From positions 1 through 64,000 of the forward strand of contig JBIKWN010000001.1 of assembly GCA_044356295.1 (NCBI GenBank): a stretch of 64,000 nt of DNA, written 5' to 3'. The notes below the pieces were generated by a model, which saw only the letters and a program-made list of their open reading frames with translations, was not told where the DNA came from and ran no database searches. This document shows positions 21,920 to 32,055 of this stretch, one piece after another (the stretch's first letter is position 1; every line of letters starts with the position of its first letter). The DNA is from Bdellovibrionota bacterium. GTDB taxonomy: Bacteria; Bdellovibrionota_C; UBA2361; JBIKWN01. The position numbers and the translations under genes are program-made.

Positions 21920-23051
21920 ACGCCATCAATCGACGCATCATTCCTATATCAAAATCGATTTTAGTTTTAATCTCAGATACTTCTCTACGTACGAGCGATA
22001 GATCACGCATCGTCAGTGCATCTTTAATTTCATTTTTAAGATCTTGAATGGTGCGTCCTTTTTCAGATTTGGCAGTACCCGGAGTAAAGCTAACCATATT
22101 CGGTTTTTGTTTATAGCTACTATATAAAGTATCTCTATCTGAGATTGCTGTCGCTACTTTATTAATCTCACTCAGCACAACACCTCTCGCAGACTGCAGT
22201 GGATCATTTTGATTGGCAATTTGTTGAGGTACTTCTTGCGCTGGTTTTAGGTCAAGCTTCTTTTCCACTGGTGGTACATACGATGCGCGAATAAGATTAT
22301 TCTGCTCTGCCTGCTTGATTTTTAGTTGATCATTTTCATTCAATAACAATGATATTGCTTGATCTTTTTCATTGATCAATTTTTGTAGATTAGCAATTTG
22401 AGGAGTTCTTACTTTAGCTAGGGACAGTTCAATTTCTTTAGAGCAATCACGAACAACTTCTGATTTTTGCGCAACGTTACGACTTGCTTGTATCGATTTT
22501 ACTTGTTGATTACTTTGTTCAAGAGAAGCCATTAATCGTTCAATTTCTCTATCCTTCATCTCAACCTGTACGTTGCTCGTTTTTAAACGTGCAATATAGG
22601 CTTGATTAACTTTTTCTATATTAATACTACAGGATTCACCAGCGGATGCGATTTCAGAAGAGCAATCTTTTTGAATTGATGGACAAACATGCTCTTCACA
22701 TTTTGGGCAGCTTAACGCTGACACTTGCTTAGTATCGCTACCAACAAGATTTTTTTCCTTCAATGGAATTTGGCATCCTTCAGGGGTTCGAGATGACATC
22801 TTTAATTCTACAGAATCTCTTTCACCTTCCAATCCTTGTACTTGTCGTCTGAGTGAATCAACTTCTAACTCAAGCTCAGCAATATAGTCGACCATAGTAT
22901 TGCCAGCATTATCTTTTCTGTAAGCTCTCCCATCAGCAAGTCGTCCACGAGAATCATCTGCGTAAGAGCTGACTGATACAATCAATGAAAGTATACAAAC
23001 AATTGGATAAATCGTCGCACATGTACGAGAGGAAGATAATTTTTGCATCAT
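21909..23051 (-). CDS. Secreted coiled-coil hypothetical protein
   Basis: Signal peptide ending SYA; heptad-rich; Cys cluster CPKCEEHVC. Confidence 0.65.
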   Translation of the reverse strand: MMQKLSSSRTCATIYPIVCILSLIVSVSSYADDSRGRLADGRAYRKDNAGNTMVDYIAELELEVDSLRRQVQGLEGERDSVELKMSSRTPEGCQIPLKEKNLVGSDTKQVSALSCPKCEEHVCPSIQKDCSSEIASAGESCSINIEKVNQAYIARLKTSNVQVEMKDREIERLMASLEQSNQQVKSIQASRNVAQKSEVVRDCSKEIELSLAKVRTPQIANLQKLINEKDQAISLLLNENDQLKIKQAEQNNLIRASYVPPVEKKLDLKPAQEVPQQIANQNDPLQSARGVVLSEINKVATAISDRDTLYSSYKQKPNMVSFTPGTAKSEKGRTIQDLKNEIKDALTMRDLSLVRREVSEIKTKIDFDIGMMRRLMAFKQ

Positions 23052-23061
23052 GTTATATTCG

Positions 23062-24045
23062 TTAATTTGTCTGAAAAACCAATGAGCCCCAGCTTAATCC
23101 GGCACCCACTACGGCGACAACTATTTTTCGTCCTGGCTCAATTTTATTCCAATGCATAGAAAGCACTGCAGGTGCCCCAGCACCAGCTTGGTTACCAATA
23201 TTTGTTACATTAAACCAATGATTTGAATCGGGAATCCCTCTGTTTGTAGTGATCTGCTCAAGCATTGTCCTGTTAGCTTGGTGGCCTACAAAGATATCTT
23301 TGTTCCAGTCAATCTTATGTTCTTCTTCAATTTTTTTAATAAGTCGTACCGTTTGACGCACCGAGAAGTCTCTTACAGCTCGACCATCTTGTTTAAAAAA
23401 ACTATAGCGATCAACAACGACGGCCTCTGCTCTGGTTGGATCAGCATTAAAATGTGACTCAATCAGTGTCAGTTTTCCTTTGTGCTTCGTAGAAACTATC
23501 CAAGCAGCAGCACCATCCCCCCAAATTGCACCATCAGATCTGTCATTATAATTTACGTGCTGGGTTAAAGCTGCCGTAGAAATACACAACACATACTCAG
23601 GGAGCTCTTCTTCCTTGAAGTGATTTAAAAAATCCATATGAAGAGCAAACGCAGGGCATGCAGTAAAAACATCGTATGCTTTCCCTGTAGTACCAAGTAT
23701 GGAAGCAATTCTTTGAGATTCAGGTGGCGTAATATTATCAGGCGAACAACAGTTACAGATTACTAAACCTATCTTATCAGCAGTTAAGCCAGTATTTTTC
23801 AAAGCTTGTTTTGAAGCTTCAACACCAAGTTTTGTAGGATTGGTTGAAGCAATTTTTGCAGCTTTATTTACATCCTGATTTCTTTCTTTCGTAATGTATT
23901 CAATTGGTAGACTTGTTACTCTTGATTCAATTCCAATCTTATCAATAATCCAGGTTGCATTTGTGCCAATGTCCATCTCTTCGAGAGCTTGATTACTAAG
24001 CCTTGTTTCTGGATAAGCTGCACCCATTCCTAAAATACTTAACAT
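23062..24045 (-). CDS. FabH/KAS III-family condensing enzyme (triad intact)
   Basis: TACPAF (Cys), GHQAN (His), GNQ (Asn), WGDGAAA, GAGLSWG. Confidence 0.9.
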   Translation of the reverse strand: MLSILGMGAAYPETRLSNQALEEMDIGTNATWIIDKIGIESRVTSLPIEYITKERNQDVNKAAKIASTNPTKLGVEASKQALKNTGLTADKIGLVICNCCSPDNITPPESQRIASILGTTGKAYDVFTACPAFALHMDFLNHFKEEELPEYVLCISTAALTQHVNYNDRSDGAIWGDGAAAWIVSTKHKGKLTLIESHFNADPTRAEAVVVDRYSFFKQDGRAVRDFSVRQTVRLIKKIEEEHKIDWNKDIFVGHQANRTMLEQITTNRGIPDSNHWFNVTNIGNQAGAGAPAVLSMHWNKIEPGRKIVVAVVGAGLSWGSLVFQTN

Positions 24046-25011
24046 TTAGGACTCCTCTTTAATTAACTGAAGATAGCCATATCCGGAACCAATCCCTCCG
24101 GCGATAAGAAATACAGGAGCTTGTGAAGGTATCTGATTTTTAAATGTATCTAAACAAAAGAACGAACTCGCTCCAAGCATGTCGCCTTGATGCTGATCCA
24201 TACAGAAAATATTCTGAGCAGCAAAACCTATCTCGATTGCTTTTGTTTTTAAAGCATCTGCCCCTAGAGGGTTTAATAAAAGATAACTTTGAGAGATAAG
24301 ATCTTTTTTACTCTTAGATATCATTTCAAGAACAGATTCATTTCTTGGAATCACTACTTCTTGAATCAAATTTGGAGCAAAAACAATACCACCCAATTTT
24401 TCAATTTTTAAGTCTGACACTCGAGAAAAATCATCATGAACCTGTGAATCAACAACACGAAACGCTGATTTTCCATTTTTACTATTTGAAACAACTACTG
24501 CAGATGCTCCATCTGAAAATAGTGAGGACTCTGAATGATGAAAATCAACAGCGTGCGTAGGAGCATTACTTGAAACAAAAACCGAATACTGAGGAAGTTT
24601 TTCCTCTTTCCAACGTCTTGCTGTATCAATATGCAAAATATTTGCAATCCCAGCACCTACTATATCAAAAGAAGGAGTTTTCAATTGAAGTGCGCAAGCA
24701 ATTCTTTGTCCCTCTGAAGGTGTAACTTGAATCGGTGTTGCTCCATCTCCTACAATTAATCCAACAGATTCAAGTGAAATTCCTGCATCAGCGCAAGCAC
24801 GCTCTACTGCTTGTTTTCCAATTGTAGAAGTATTTTCCGATGCGTTAAGAAGTCTGTCTTTAGGGGATGAAAATAGTGCTGCTTCAGAAACGATAGAGGT
24901 ACGACTTGAAGGAGCGTGTGGGTCAATTACTGCCCCAAGCTCTTTCAAACGTTGTGAGGAGATAGAATGTTGCGCAGTTGCGCTTCCAATGCCGAGAATA
25001 AACACTGCCAC
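24046..25011 (-). CDS. FabH-like protein lacking catalytic residues
   Basis: KAS III landmarks (ILGIG, FSDGASA, GGIGSGYG) but Cys/His/Asn replaced; GTG 25011 has GGGG upstream. Confidence 0.75.
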   Translation of the reverse strand: MAVFILGIGSATAQHSISSQRLKELGAVIDPHAPSSRTSIVSEAALFSSPKDRLLNASENTSTIGKQAVERACADAGISLESVGLIVGDGATPIQVTPSEGQRIACALQLKTPSFDIVGAGIANILHIDTARRWKEEKLPQYSVFVSSNAPTHAVDFHHSESSLFSDGASAVVVSNSKNGKSAFRVVDSQVHDDFSRVSDLKIEKLGGIVFAPNLIQEVVIPRNESVLEMISKSKKDLISQSYLLLNPLGADALKTKAIEIGFAAQNIFCMDQHQGDMLGASSFFCLDTFKNQIPSQAPVFLIAGGIGSGYGYLQLIKEES

Positions 25012-25065
25012 GTATTGTAACCCCAACAATCTGATATATCAAACCAACCCCTCAATGCCCTAGAC

Positions 25066-25139
25066 CCGTGACCATGACCATAGGCGTGAGCGTGACCGAA
25101 ATTCCCTGCTCACGCCTACGCCTACGCTCACGGTCACGG
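25066..25139. repeat. Imperfect inverted repeat built of 5+5 hexamers
   Basis: CGTGAC CATGAC CATAGG CGTGAG CGTGAC, 12-nt spacer, CTCACG CCTACG CCTACG CTCACG GTCACG. Confidence 0.85.
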
Positions 25140-25207
25140 AAGAGTAAAGAAAAATATCGAAATATCTTTTTGCGCACCCCCTCATTCAAGACTAATATTA
25201 CAACAAG

Positions 25208-26413
25208 ATGAAGTTCTATAAAAAACCCAGAGTTACCATAATCTGTTTGGTATTTATGATACTTTTTCTGCGCCTATCATATTGGCAATGGACCAGACAT
25301 GAACAAAAAGAAATCATTGTTCAAGAGCTTGAAAACAGAATTAAAGAGCCCCCACTCTCACTTTTAGAATTAATCGATTCAAAGACTCAACCAAAAGAAA
25401 TTTTTTTTCGTCGAGTCTTAATTTCTGGTCGCTACGATTACAATCATGAAATTATTCTAAGAAATCGCAGATACAATAAAGATCCTGGAGTATACGCCCT
25501 GACTCCTCTTCGACTCGATGAGACTCATACAGTCATAGTTAATAGAGGATTTATTCCTTTGACGCTTTCAGAGCCAGAAAAGAGGGCCGCCGTATCCCGA
25601 CCTGCAGAAGTTTCATTTATTGGACTCATTAAAGAGTCTCAGCCAAAAAAATTTCTTGCTCCGTCAGATCCTCCAGCTGGTATTGGACTTCCCTGGGTAG
25701 ATGCATGGCTCAGACCTGATATAACAGAAATATCAAAACAGCTTCCCTATCCTGTACTTCCTTTTTTTATTGAAATTATCGGAACTGAATCTTTAGATGA
25801 ACTTGAAAAAAAAATCATCCAACAAAAATCTGATAAAGCAGAGATCTTTATGCCAAGTGCTCAGATATATTCAATGGTTGGTGGAGCAAACGCTTCATCG
25901 TTAGATCCGAAACTATTTCCAATTCCAGTTTTCGATCCGGTCATTCCTCCCGCAAGACACTTAGGCTACGTTTTTGAATGGGCTGCACTTGCTCTTATTA
26001 CTTTTATTTTTGGAGTAATTATTCAATTAAAACCACCACGAAAACTTTCAATACTTCTCATCTTTTTTTTGGTTTCTGGATCTCTATCAGGTTGCAGTTT
26101 ATTTCGTACTGAATCTTTATTTGATAAACAAGTTGTCACTTCTTATTACGGTGGTAGTGATGGATTTCATGGAAAGAAAACTGCAAGTGGAGAGATCTTT
26201 GATCACAATGATCTAACAGCAGCCCATAAAGCACTACCCTTTGGAACTATGCTAAAGCTCACCAACCCCAATAACGGAAGAAGTTGTTTAGTAAGAATAA
26301 ACGACCGAGGTCCTTATGTTGAAGGACGAGATTTAGATATATCTAAAGCAGCTGCATTTGAACTAGGAATGCTTCGCTCGGGTGTTACTACTCTTGAAGC
26401 AGAAGTTCGTTGA
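25208..26413 (+). CDS. SURF1-family protein fused to RlpA-like DPBB domain
   Basis: [27 protein letters not shown] (SURF1); then LSGC and [25 protein letters not shown] (RlpA). Confidence 0.85.
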   Translation: MKFYKKPRVTIICLVFMILFLRLSYWQWTRHEQKEIIVQELENRIKEPPLSLLELIDSKTQPKEIFFRRVLISGRYDYNHEIILRNRRYNKDPGVYALTPLRLDETHTVIVNRGFIPLTLSEPEKRAAVSRPAEVSFIGLIKESQPKKFLAPSDPPAGIGLPWVDAWLRPDITEISKQLPYPVLPFFIEIIGTESLDELEKKIIQQKSDKAEIFMPSAQIYSMVGGANASSLDPKLFPIPVFDPVIPPARHLGYVFEWAALALITFIFGVIIQLKPPRKLSILLIFFLVSGSLSGCSLFRTESLFDKQVVTSYYGGSDGFHGKKTASGEIFDHNDLTAAHKALPFGTMLKLTNPNNGRSCLVRINDRGPYVEGRDLDISKAAAFELGMLRSGVTTLEAEVR

Positions 26414-27540
26414 ACTTCGTGTCTTTCAATTTCTTGCGGAAGAGTAACAATAACTGTTTCTTTCTGTTTTCCAAGTTTTGCACGTGATGGTTTAAATCGA
26501 AGTCTGACTTCTCGTCCAGTTTCCATTGATTCATACATTGCATTGATAAGAGTCAATGATTTCAAACCTTCTAATCCATCAATTGGGAATTGTTCTTTGT
26601 GAATAATTGCATGACATACATCTTGTAAGTAACGGATATGTCCAAAACCATATACATCTGGTGGATTCTCGGCGAACTTTTCAAGTACATCTTCATCGCC
26701 AGGTTGTTTCTCAACAAAACTCCAAGTCTTCATCTGATTAACAGCAAAACCACCGATCTCTACTGATCCACCAGCTCCAAGCACGCTAATTGAACCTTCT
26801 AAATCTTTCGGGCGAGTTGCATTCGTTGCTTCAATAATACCAAGTGCTCCACTTGAAAATTTCAATACTGCAACAGCAGTATCATCAACTTCTACGTTCA
26901 CAAGTCTTGTAGCCGAATATGCAAAAACTGATTCTACTTCTCCCATCATCCACGAAAGAAGATCAATATGATGACTTGCTTGATTAGTAATGACACCACC
27001 GTCAAGAGCCCACGTACCTCTCCAAGCATCTTGATCATAATATTTTTGATCACGAGTCCAGCGTACACGCACTGTTCCCATTACCATTTTTCCGAATCGT
27101 CCTTGTTCAACTGCACTTCTTAGTTTTTGAACTGGAATATTGTATCTATTCTGCTTCACAACAAATAACCGAACACCTGCAACGTTTGTTGCACGGATCA
27201 TCTCTTCTGCATCATCAGGAGTAAGCGCCATCGGTTTTTCAACGATGATATGTTTTTTATACCGAGCGATTTCTATTGTATGTTTTGCATGCAATCCACT
27301 TGGAGTAAGAATTGTTACTACATCAATCTCTGGATGTTTCTCTAACATTTCTTGAAAATTTGTGTACCACTGGACTCCGTATTTTTGTCCTGCAGCTTTT
27401 GCTTTTTCTGTTACGATATCACAACAAGCAATAACATTTGCGTTTGGAATATGATTTTGAAGTGCATCAAAATGTCGAGGTGAAATTCTGCCACAACCTA
27501 CAATTGCAAAGTTTAATTTTTGCCCGGTTGACTCATCCAT
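26314..27540 (-). CDS. Gfo/Idh/MocA oxidoreductase, WlbA/WbpB-like sugar-nucleotide dehydrogenase
   Basis: [33 protein letters not shown]. Confidence 0.88.
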   Translation of the reverse strand: MDESTGQKLNFAIVGCGRISPRHFDALQNHIPNANVIACCDIVTEKAKAAGQKYGVQWYTNFQEMLEKHPEIDVVTILTPSGLHAKHTIEIARYKKHIIVEKPMALTPDDAEEMIRATNVAGVRLFVVKQNRYNIPVQKLRSAVEQGRFGKMVMGTVRVRWTRDQKYYDQDAWRGTWALDGGVITNQASHHIDLLSWMMGEVESVFAYSATRLVNVEVDDTAVAVLKFSSGALGIIEATNATRPKDLEGSISVLGAGGSVEIGGFAVNQMKTWSFVEKQPGDEDVLEKFAENPPDVYGFGHIRYLQDVCHAIIHKEQFPIDGLEGLKSLTLINAMYESMETGREVRLRFKPSRAKLGKQKETVIVTLPQEIERHEVQRTSASRVVTPERSIPSSNAAALDISKSRPST

Positions 27541-27626
27541 GATGCATCCTTACTAAGAAATAAATCCCTTAAATGTTTAGGAATGTAGAGCAGCACAAGA
27601 AGGAGCGTTTGATTCGAGGGCAGAAC

Positions 27627-28121
27627 CTAGTAGGTCATAATGCCAAGCCTCTCTTCTATAAGCTCACGCACAGCACCATCGCCGCCGTTTTTTCCTAAGA
27701 TTATAGATGCAATTTTTAACACTGAAGGATGAGAGTTTTTTGGTGCTACAGAGGTTCCCACAAGCTTCATCACAGCTAAGTCATTGAGATCATTACCAAC
27801 ATACATTACTTTCTTGAGTGGAATTCCCATTTTTTCGCAGTATTTCTTAAGCTCAGATGGCTTATCGTTGATACCTTGAATCACTTTTATCTTTAGTTTT
27901 TTGCCTCTGGCGGATACTACCTTATTCACTTCTTTTGAAAGTATCAGTATATGAAGACCACTCTTTCTGGCCATTTCAATTCCAAGACCATCGCCTCTGT
28001 CACACACAACTGATTCTTTTCCATTTTGATCTAGGATTACTTTGTTATCGGTTAGTACTCCATCGAAATCAAAAACGAGTAGTGAGGGAATAGGTATTTT
28101 TTTTATTGGTGAAGTTTTCAT
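27627..28121 (-). CDS. KdsC-like HAD phosphatase
   Basis: FDFDGVLTD, DGLG, GNDLND, GGDGAVRE. Confidence 0.85.
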   Translation of the reverse strand: MKTSPIKKIPIPSLLVFDFDGVLTDNKVILDQNGKESVVCDRGDGLGIEMARKSGLHILILSKEVNKVVSARGKKLKIKVIQGINDKPSELKKYCEKMGIPLKKVMYVGNDLNDLAVMKLVGTSVAPKNSHPSVLKIASIILGKNGGDGAVRELIEERLGIMTY

Positions 28122-28149
28122 AAGCTACTAATCAATAGCCTCTGAAAGA

Positions 28150-28839
28150 TTATTTTACAATGGCGATTTGAACCTTACTTGGAACTCTTCCAATCTGCAT
28201 TGGAGGAGTTAGATCGGAATCATCGCCTATTTTAACTAATGCTTTTGAGATTTTTTTCCAATCATCTCTGTAACTAGTTTTAAGTAGTTCAAAAGATTTC
28301 ATTAAAGCCTCATTATTTTTTCCAGCTTCTAATGAGAGATTACTTGAAAGAAAAGTAGCCTCCAGTGCTTTAAATTCTGGTTTTTGACGAACTCCTGGAA
28401 ATTCAGAGAGAGATTCTAATTCAAATTTTATTGTCGACTTTGCTTCTGGAGTCAAAAAAAGTGCTCCTCTCGAATCTTGATTATAGGAAGTCGGCTCAGA
28501 TAACGTAAATAAAACTCTTTCTTTTAATTGTAACCGTGACTTTTGAAATTCAAGAGCATCAAGATCAGATGCTGCTTTGTTCGTTCCAGCAAGCGTTGTC
28601 ATTGGAATGATAACTCTACCAACTCCGTATGCTATTATACCAAATCCAACTGCTGCTAAAATAAATCCGTTCCTGACCCCCTCTTTAGCTCCGCTAATGA
28701 ATCCTTCACCAGTATATGAAATTGGATCTAATCCTTTAGTAGTAAGTGGAATTTCAGCAAGGTCTCTACCGTCATTATCCCCGTAGTATTGATCCCCATT
28801 ATGTTTGCGCCCTGGCCGTGGTACTTCTATTTTTGGCAT
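28150..28839 (-). CDS. Hypothetical single-TM protein
   Basis: 229-aa ORF with one hydrophobic segment; no family motif. Confidence 0.55.
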   Translation of the reverse strand: MPKIEVPRPGRKHNGDQYYGDNDGRDLAEIPLTTKGLDPISYTGEGFISGAKEGVRNGFILAAVGFGIIAYGVGRVIIPMTTLAGTNKAASDLDALEFQKSRLQLKERVLFTLSEPTSYNQDSRGALFLTPEAKSTIKFELESLSEFPGVRQKPEFKALEATFLSSNLSLEAGKNNEALMKSFELLKTSYRDDWKKISKALVKIGDDSDLTPPMQIGRVPSKVQIAIVK

Positions 28840-28942
28840 GTATTGAAAGTATCAGATAAAACCAAGATTCAAAGTAGTTTTTTAAAACTTAGCTTCTTTA
28901 TCAGTTTTGCATCCGATTTTTTTACACTAATCTAAGCACCTG

Positions 28943-30070
28943 ATGTCAAAGACGAAGCCCTATTTACTGAAAGATAAGTTCTTATTTTCTCCGGTTGAAA
29001 GACTGTCATCCTCTCGTATTGTTATCGATGGCAAACCGTTTACAGATTTTACTTCTTTTGATTACTTTAATTTTTATCAAGACCAGCGAATTAAAGAGAA
29101 CCTTTTTAAAGCAGGCCAGCTTTCTGGATTAGTTACCCCCTCTCCTCGTTCTCACGGAGGAACTCACGAAGAACATGTTTCATTGGAACTTGCTCTTTCA
29201 CGTACGTTTCAGCAAAGCAGTGCCCTTTATTTGTCATCGCGGCACCAGGCTATTCTTACTTTAATTACTGGGCTCGTTTCTGAAAGTGACATTGTTATTT
29301 ACGATGAAGATACCTCTGCCCCTATTGTCGATGCATGTTATCTCGTTGGGGCAGCCAGCTATCCTGTGGATATGCTTTCCTTTGATTGGACTAATTCTAT
29401 TTCAAAGATAGTAGCCAACGCCCATAAGGGCTCGAAAATATTTCTTTTTGTTGAAGAGCTCTCTTCTACTACTGGCCAAATGATACATCTTACTGAAACT
29501 TTAAATCACTTAAAGTTCTTAGGTGTTACCCTTATTTTAGATGTTACTTTCTCTTTAGGCTTAAGAACATACGAGTTTAATGATGATGATGTGATCATTG
29601 TGGGTGGTTTTGGATACTCACTTCCAGGAGTGGGTGGTTTTATCTGCGGAGATAAGCGAATTGATTTTGTTAAGAATAAATCCAAGGTTTTAACCTCTGA
29701 AGCTCCTCTTCCTAGCTATCTAGCAACTTTTAGCCGCCTGTCTTTAAATCTTCTTCCAGAACTGTCCTTAAAAATAACTCTGATACTTGAAAAGGTACTT
29801 GAGTTTCAACAGGGCGCTAAAAAAGCTTCGGGTTTGAAGTTTCTTGGAATCAGTTCTGGAATCTCCCCTTCTACACCTGTTATTGCGATTCAATTTTTAA
29901 ATGAAGAAATCGCAAGAGCGCTCTATACCAAACTATCTGATAACGGAATTTTCGCAACAAGGATTGCAAGAGGCTCTGTAATGTCCTCAAGATCCATAAT
30001 TAGGTTTAATTTTTCTCAAACACATACTATTAAAGAGATAGAAAACCTAGTTCGTCTATTTTTCGAATAG
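28943..30070 (+). CDS. BioF/Kbl/SPT-family (class II PLP fold) protein lacking PLP lysine
   Basis: SFDYF, GT...H..LE..L, GGF, IRF landmarks; catalytic motifs altered. Confidence 0.75.
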   Translation: MSKTKPYLLKDKFLFSPVERLSSSRIVIDGKPFTDFTSFDYFNFYQDQRIKENLFKAGQLSGLVTPSPRSHGGTHEEHVSLELALSRTFQQSSALYLSSRHQAILTLITGLVSESDIVIYDEDTSAPIVDACYLVGAASYPVDMLSFDWTNSISKIVANAHKGSKIFLFVEELSSTTGQMIHLTETLNHLKFLGVTLILDVTFSLGLRTYEFNDDDVIIVGGFGYSLPGVGGFICGDKRIDFVKNKSKVLTSEAPLPSYLATFSRLSLNLLPELSLKITLILEKVLEFQQGAKKASGLKFLGISSGISPSTPVIAIQFLNEEIARALYTKLSDNGIFATRIARGSVMSSRSIIRFNFSQTHTIKEIENLVRLFFE

Positions 30071-30154
30071 AAGAATAGCTTCCTCTCTATTTATTTCTAT
30101 TCTCCTCTCTGTTTCCTGCCATTTCTACTTCCTTTCGAACTTTAAATAATTTAA

Positions 30155-30170
30155 AGTTCCACGTGGAACA
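30155..30170. promoter_or_regulatory. parS site 1
   Basis: AGTTCCACGTGGAACA, 15/16 match to palindromic TGTTCCACGTGGAACA, just before parA. Confidence 0.92.
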
Positions 30171-30171
30171 T

Positions 30172-30981
30172 ATGATTTCAAATTCTTACATTATCGCAAT
30201 CGCAAACCAGAAAGGTGGAGTAGGAAAAACTACATCTGCTGTTAACATTTCATCTGAATTGGCTTCTAGAGGTCACTCTGTACTCTTAATAGACTTCGAT
30301 CCCCAAGGAAGCGCTACAAGCGGTGTTGGAGTTCAGCTTTTAGAGGAAGGTTCTGACTTGTTCGATGTCTTCTTTGAGAGAGTAACGCTAAACGATATTA
30401 TTCAGCCTACTCAAATTCAAGGACTACACATTGCTCCAGCTTCTAAAGATTTAGTTGGACTAGAAATTGAACTCGGTAAAAAACCTGGGCGTGAACTAAT
30501 TCTAAAAACAGAGATCGCAAACCTTAACAAATCCTATGAATATATAATAATAGACTGCCCACCATCTTCTGGGCTTTTAACATTGAATGCTCTCGGAGTA
30601 GCCCAGCACATTTTAATCCCCCTTCAAACTGAATACTACGCACTTGAAGGTATTTCAGCTCTAATGAATACGATCCATTTTGTTAAAAACACTTTTAACC
30701 CTTCCCTGGAAATTATTGGTGTCTTTAGCACAATGTACGATTCTAGAACTAAGCTCTCAGCCCAAGTTGAAGAAGAAGTGAGGGCGTTTTTCGGTGGGAA
30801 AATGTTTCCTTACCGCGTACCGAGGAACGTAAAACTTTCTGAGGCTCCAAGTCACGGACTGCCTATAAACGTTTACGACCCCTCTTCTATTGGAGCAAAA
30901 GCATATTCCGATGTAACATCGGAGCTTATCATTAGGCTAGAAAAGGGGATAGCAAACCCACAGTCTGCGGCAAACGGATAA
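30172..30981 (+). CDS. parA: Chromosome partitioning ATPase ParA/Soj
   Basis: NQKGGVGKTT, DFDPQG, DCPP, RNVKLSEAPSHG. Confidence 0.96.
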   Translation: MISNSYIIAIANQKGGVGKTTSAVNISSELASRGHSVLLIDFDPQGSATSGVGVQLLEEGSDLFDVFFERVTLNDIIQPTQIQGLHIAPASKDLVGLEIELGKKPGRELILKTEIANLNKSYEYIIIDCPPSSGLLTLNALGVAQHILIPLQTEYYALEGISALMNTIHFVKNTFNPSLEIIGVFSTMYDSRTKLSAQVEEEVRAFFGGKMFPYRVPRNVKLSEAPSHGLPINVYDPSSIGAKAYSDVTSELIIRLEKGIANPQSAANG

Positions 30982-30984
30982 CAA

Positions 30985-31000
30985 AGTTCCACGTGGAACA
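30985..31000. promoter_or_regulatory. parS site 2
   Basis: Identical AGTTCCACGTGGAACA between parA and parB. Confidence 0.92.
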
Positions 31001-31032
31001 AGATATATAACATATTGTATTTATTAGATATT

Positions 31033-32055
31033 ATGGAAGACAAAGTTAAAAAAATAGCAAGATCAGGTTTAGGTAGGGGCTTGGCGGCGTTGATATCGCA
31101 GCAACCGATGCCAGTTACCGTAAATAGTGGAAATAACTCAATAAATCTGAATCAGGGCACCTCAATCTCAACCAATTCGAATTTACAGCCAGTAGGTGGA
31201 AAACTTCCTAGTTACTCAGCTCAAGATTTATCAAATCTACCGATTGAAAATGCAACAGTACAATACGTATCGATTGAAAAAATCACGAACAACTCAGCTC
31301 AACCAAGACAAGAATTCGGAGAAGGCGAAATAGTTGAACTTGCAGCATCTATTAAGAAACTTGGAGTTTTGCAACCAATCGTAGTTAGACCTTCACCAAA
31401 GGAACAAGGTAAATACGAAATTGTTGCTGGGGAAAGAAGATGGCGGGCATCAAAGTTAGCTGCGCTTACTTCCGTTCCAGTTGTAATAAAATCTCTAGAT
31501 GACAGGGAAGCTCTTGAAATTGGAATAGTCGAAAACGTACAACGAGAGAACCTAAATCCACTAGAGCTCGCCAAAGCATATAATCGATTAGCTCAGGAGT
31601 TCTCTTTATCACAAGAGGAAATTGCAGACAGAGTTGGAAAAGACAGGGCTACTGTATCGAATATCCTTCGGATTCTTAAACTAAGCCCTGAACTCCACGG
31701 CTATATTAATGAGTCAAAGTTATCTCTTGGACATGCAAAAGCATTACTTGCCATTAAGGACCCTAAAGCGCAAATCTCACTAGGTAAAAAAGCTGTAAAC
31801 GAACAGCTATCAGTAAGGGCTCTTGAAATGCTCGTTAACCGTGTCGCGGTTCTTGATATAGGAAAAGCTCGGCGTTTGAAGAAGAATCAAGAGCAAGACG
31901 TAACAGATGAACTTCGAGAAACAAATGAGAGGCTCAGAAGGGCGCTTGCAACGAAAGTTTCAATTAAAAAGTCACGTGGGGAAAAGGGCTCAATTACAAT
32001 TGAGTACTTCTCAAATTCAGAACTAGATAGAATTGTTGAAAAAATCTGCCTGTAA
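31033..32055 (+). CDS. parB: Chromosome partitioning protein ParB
   Basis: LGRGLAAL, QPR, GVLQP, AGERRWRA, ENVQRENL, HTH. Confidence 0.96.
   Translation: MEDKVKKIARSGLGRGLAALISQQPMPVTVNSGNNSINLNQGTSISTNSNLQPVGGKLPSYSAQDLSNLPIENATVQYVSIEKITNNSAQPRQEFGEGEIVELAASIKKLGVLQPIVVRPSPKEQGKYEIVAGERRWRASKLAALTSVPVVIKSLDDREALEIGIVENVQRENLNPLELAKAYNRLAQEFSLSQEEIADRVGKDRATVSNILRILKLSPELHGYINESKLSLGHAKALLAIKDPKAQISLGKKAVNEQLSVRALEMLVNRVAVLDIGKARRLKKNQEQDVTDELRETNERLRRALATKVSIKKSRGEKGSITIEYFSNSELDRIVEKICL

Noticed and set aside
25066..25139. CRISPR array
   Set aside because: Degenerate hexamers with no repeat-spacer structure and no cas genes.
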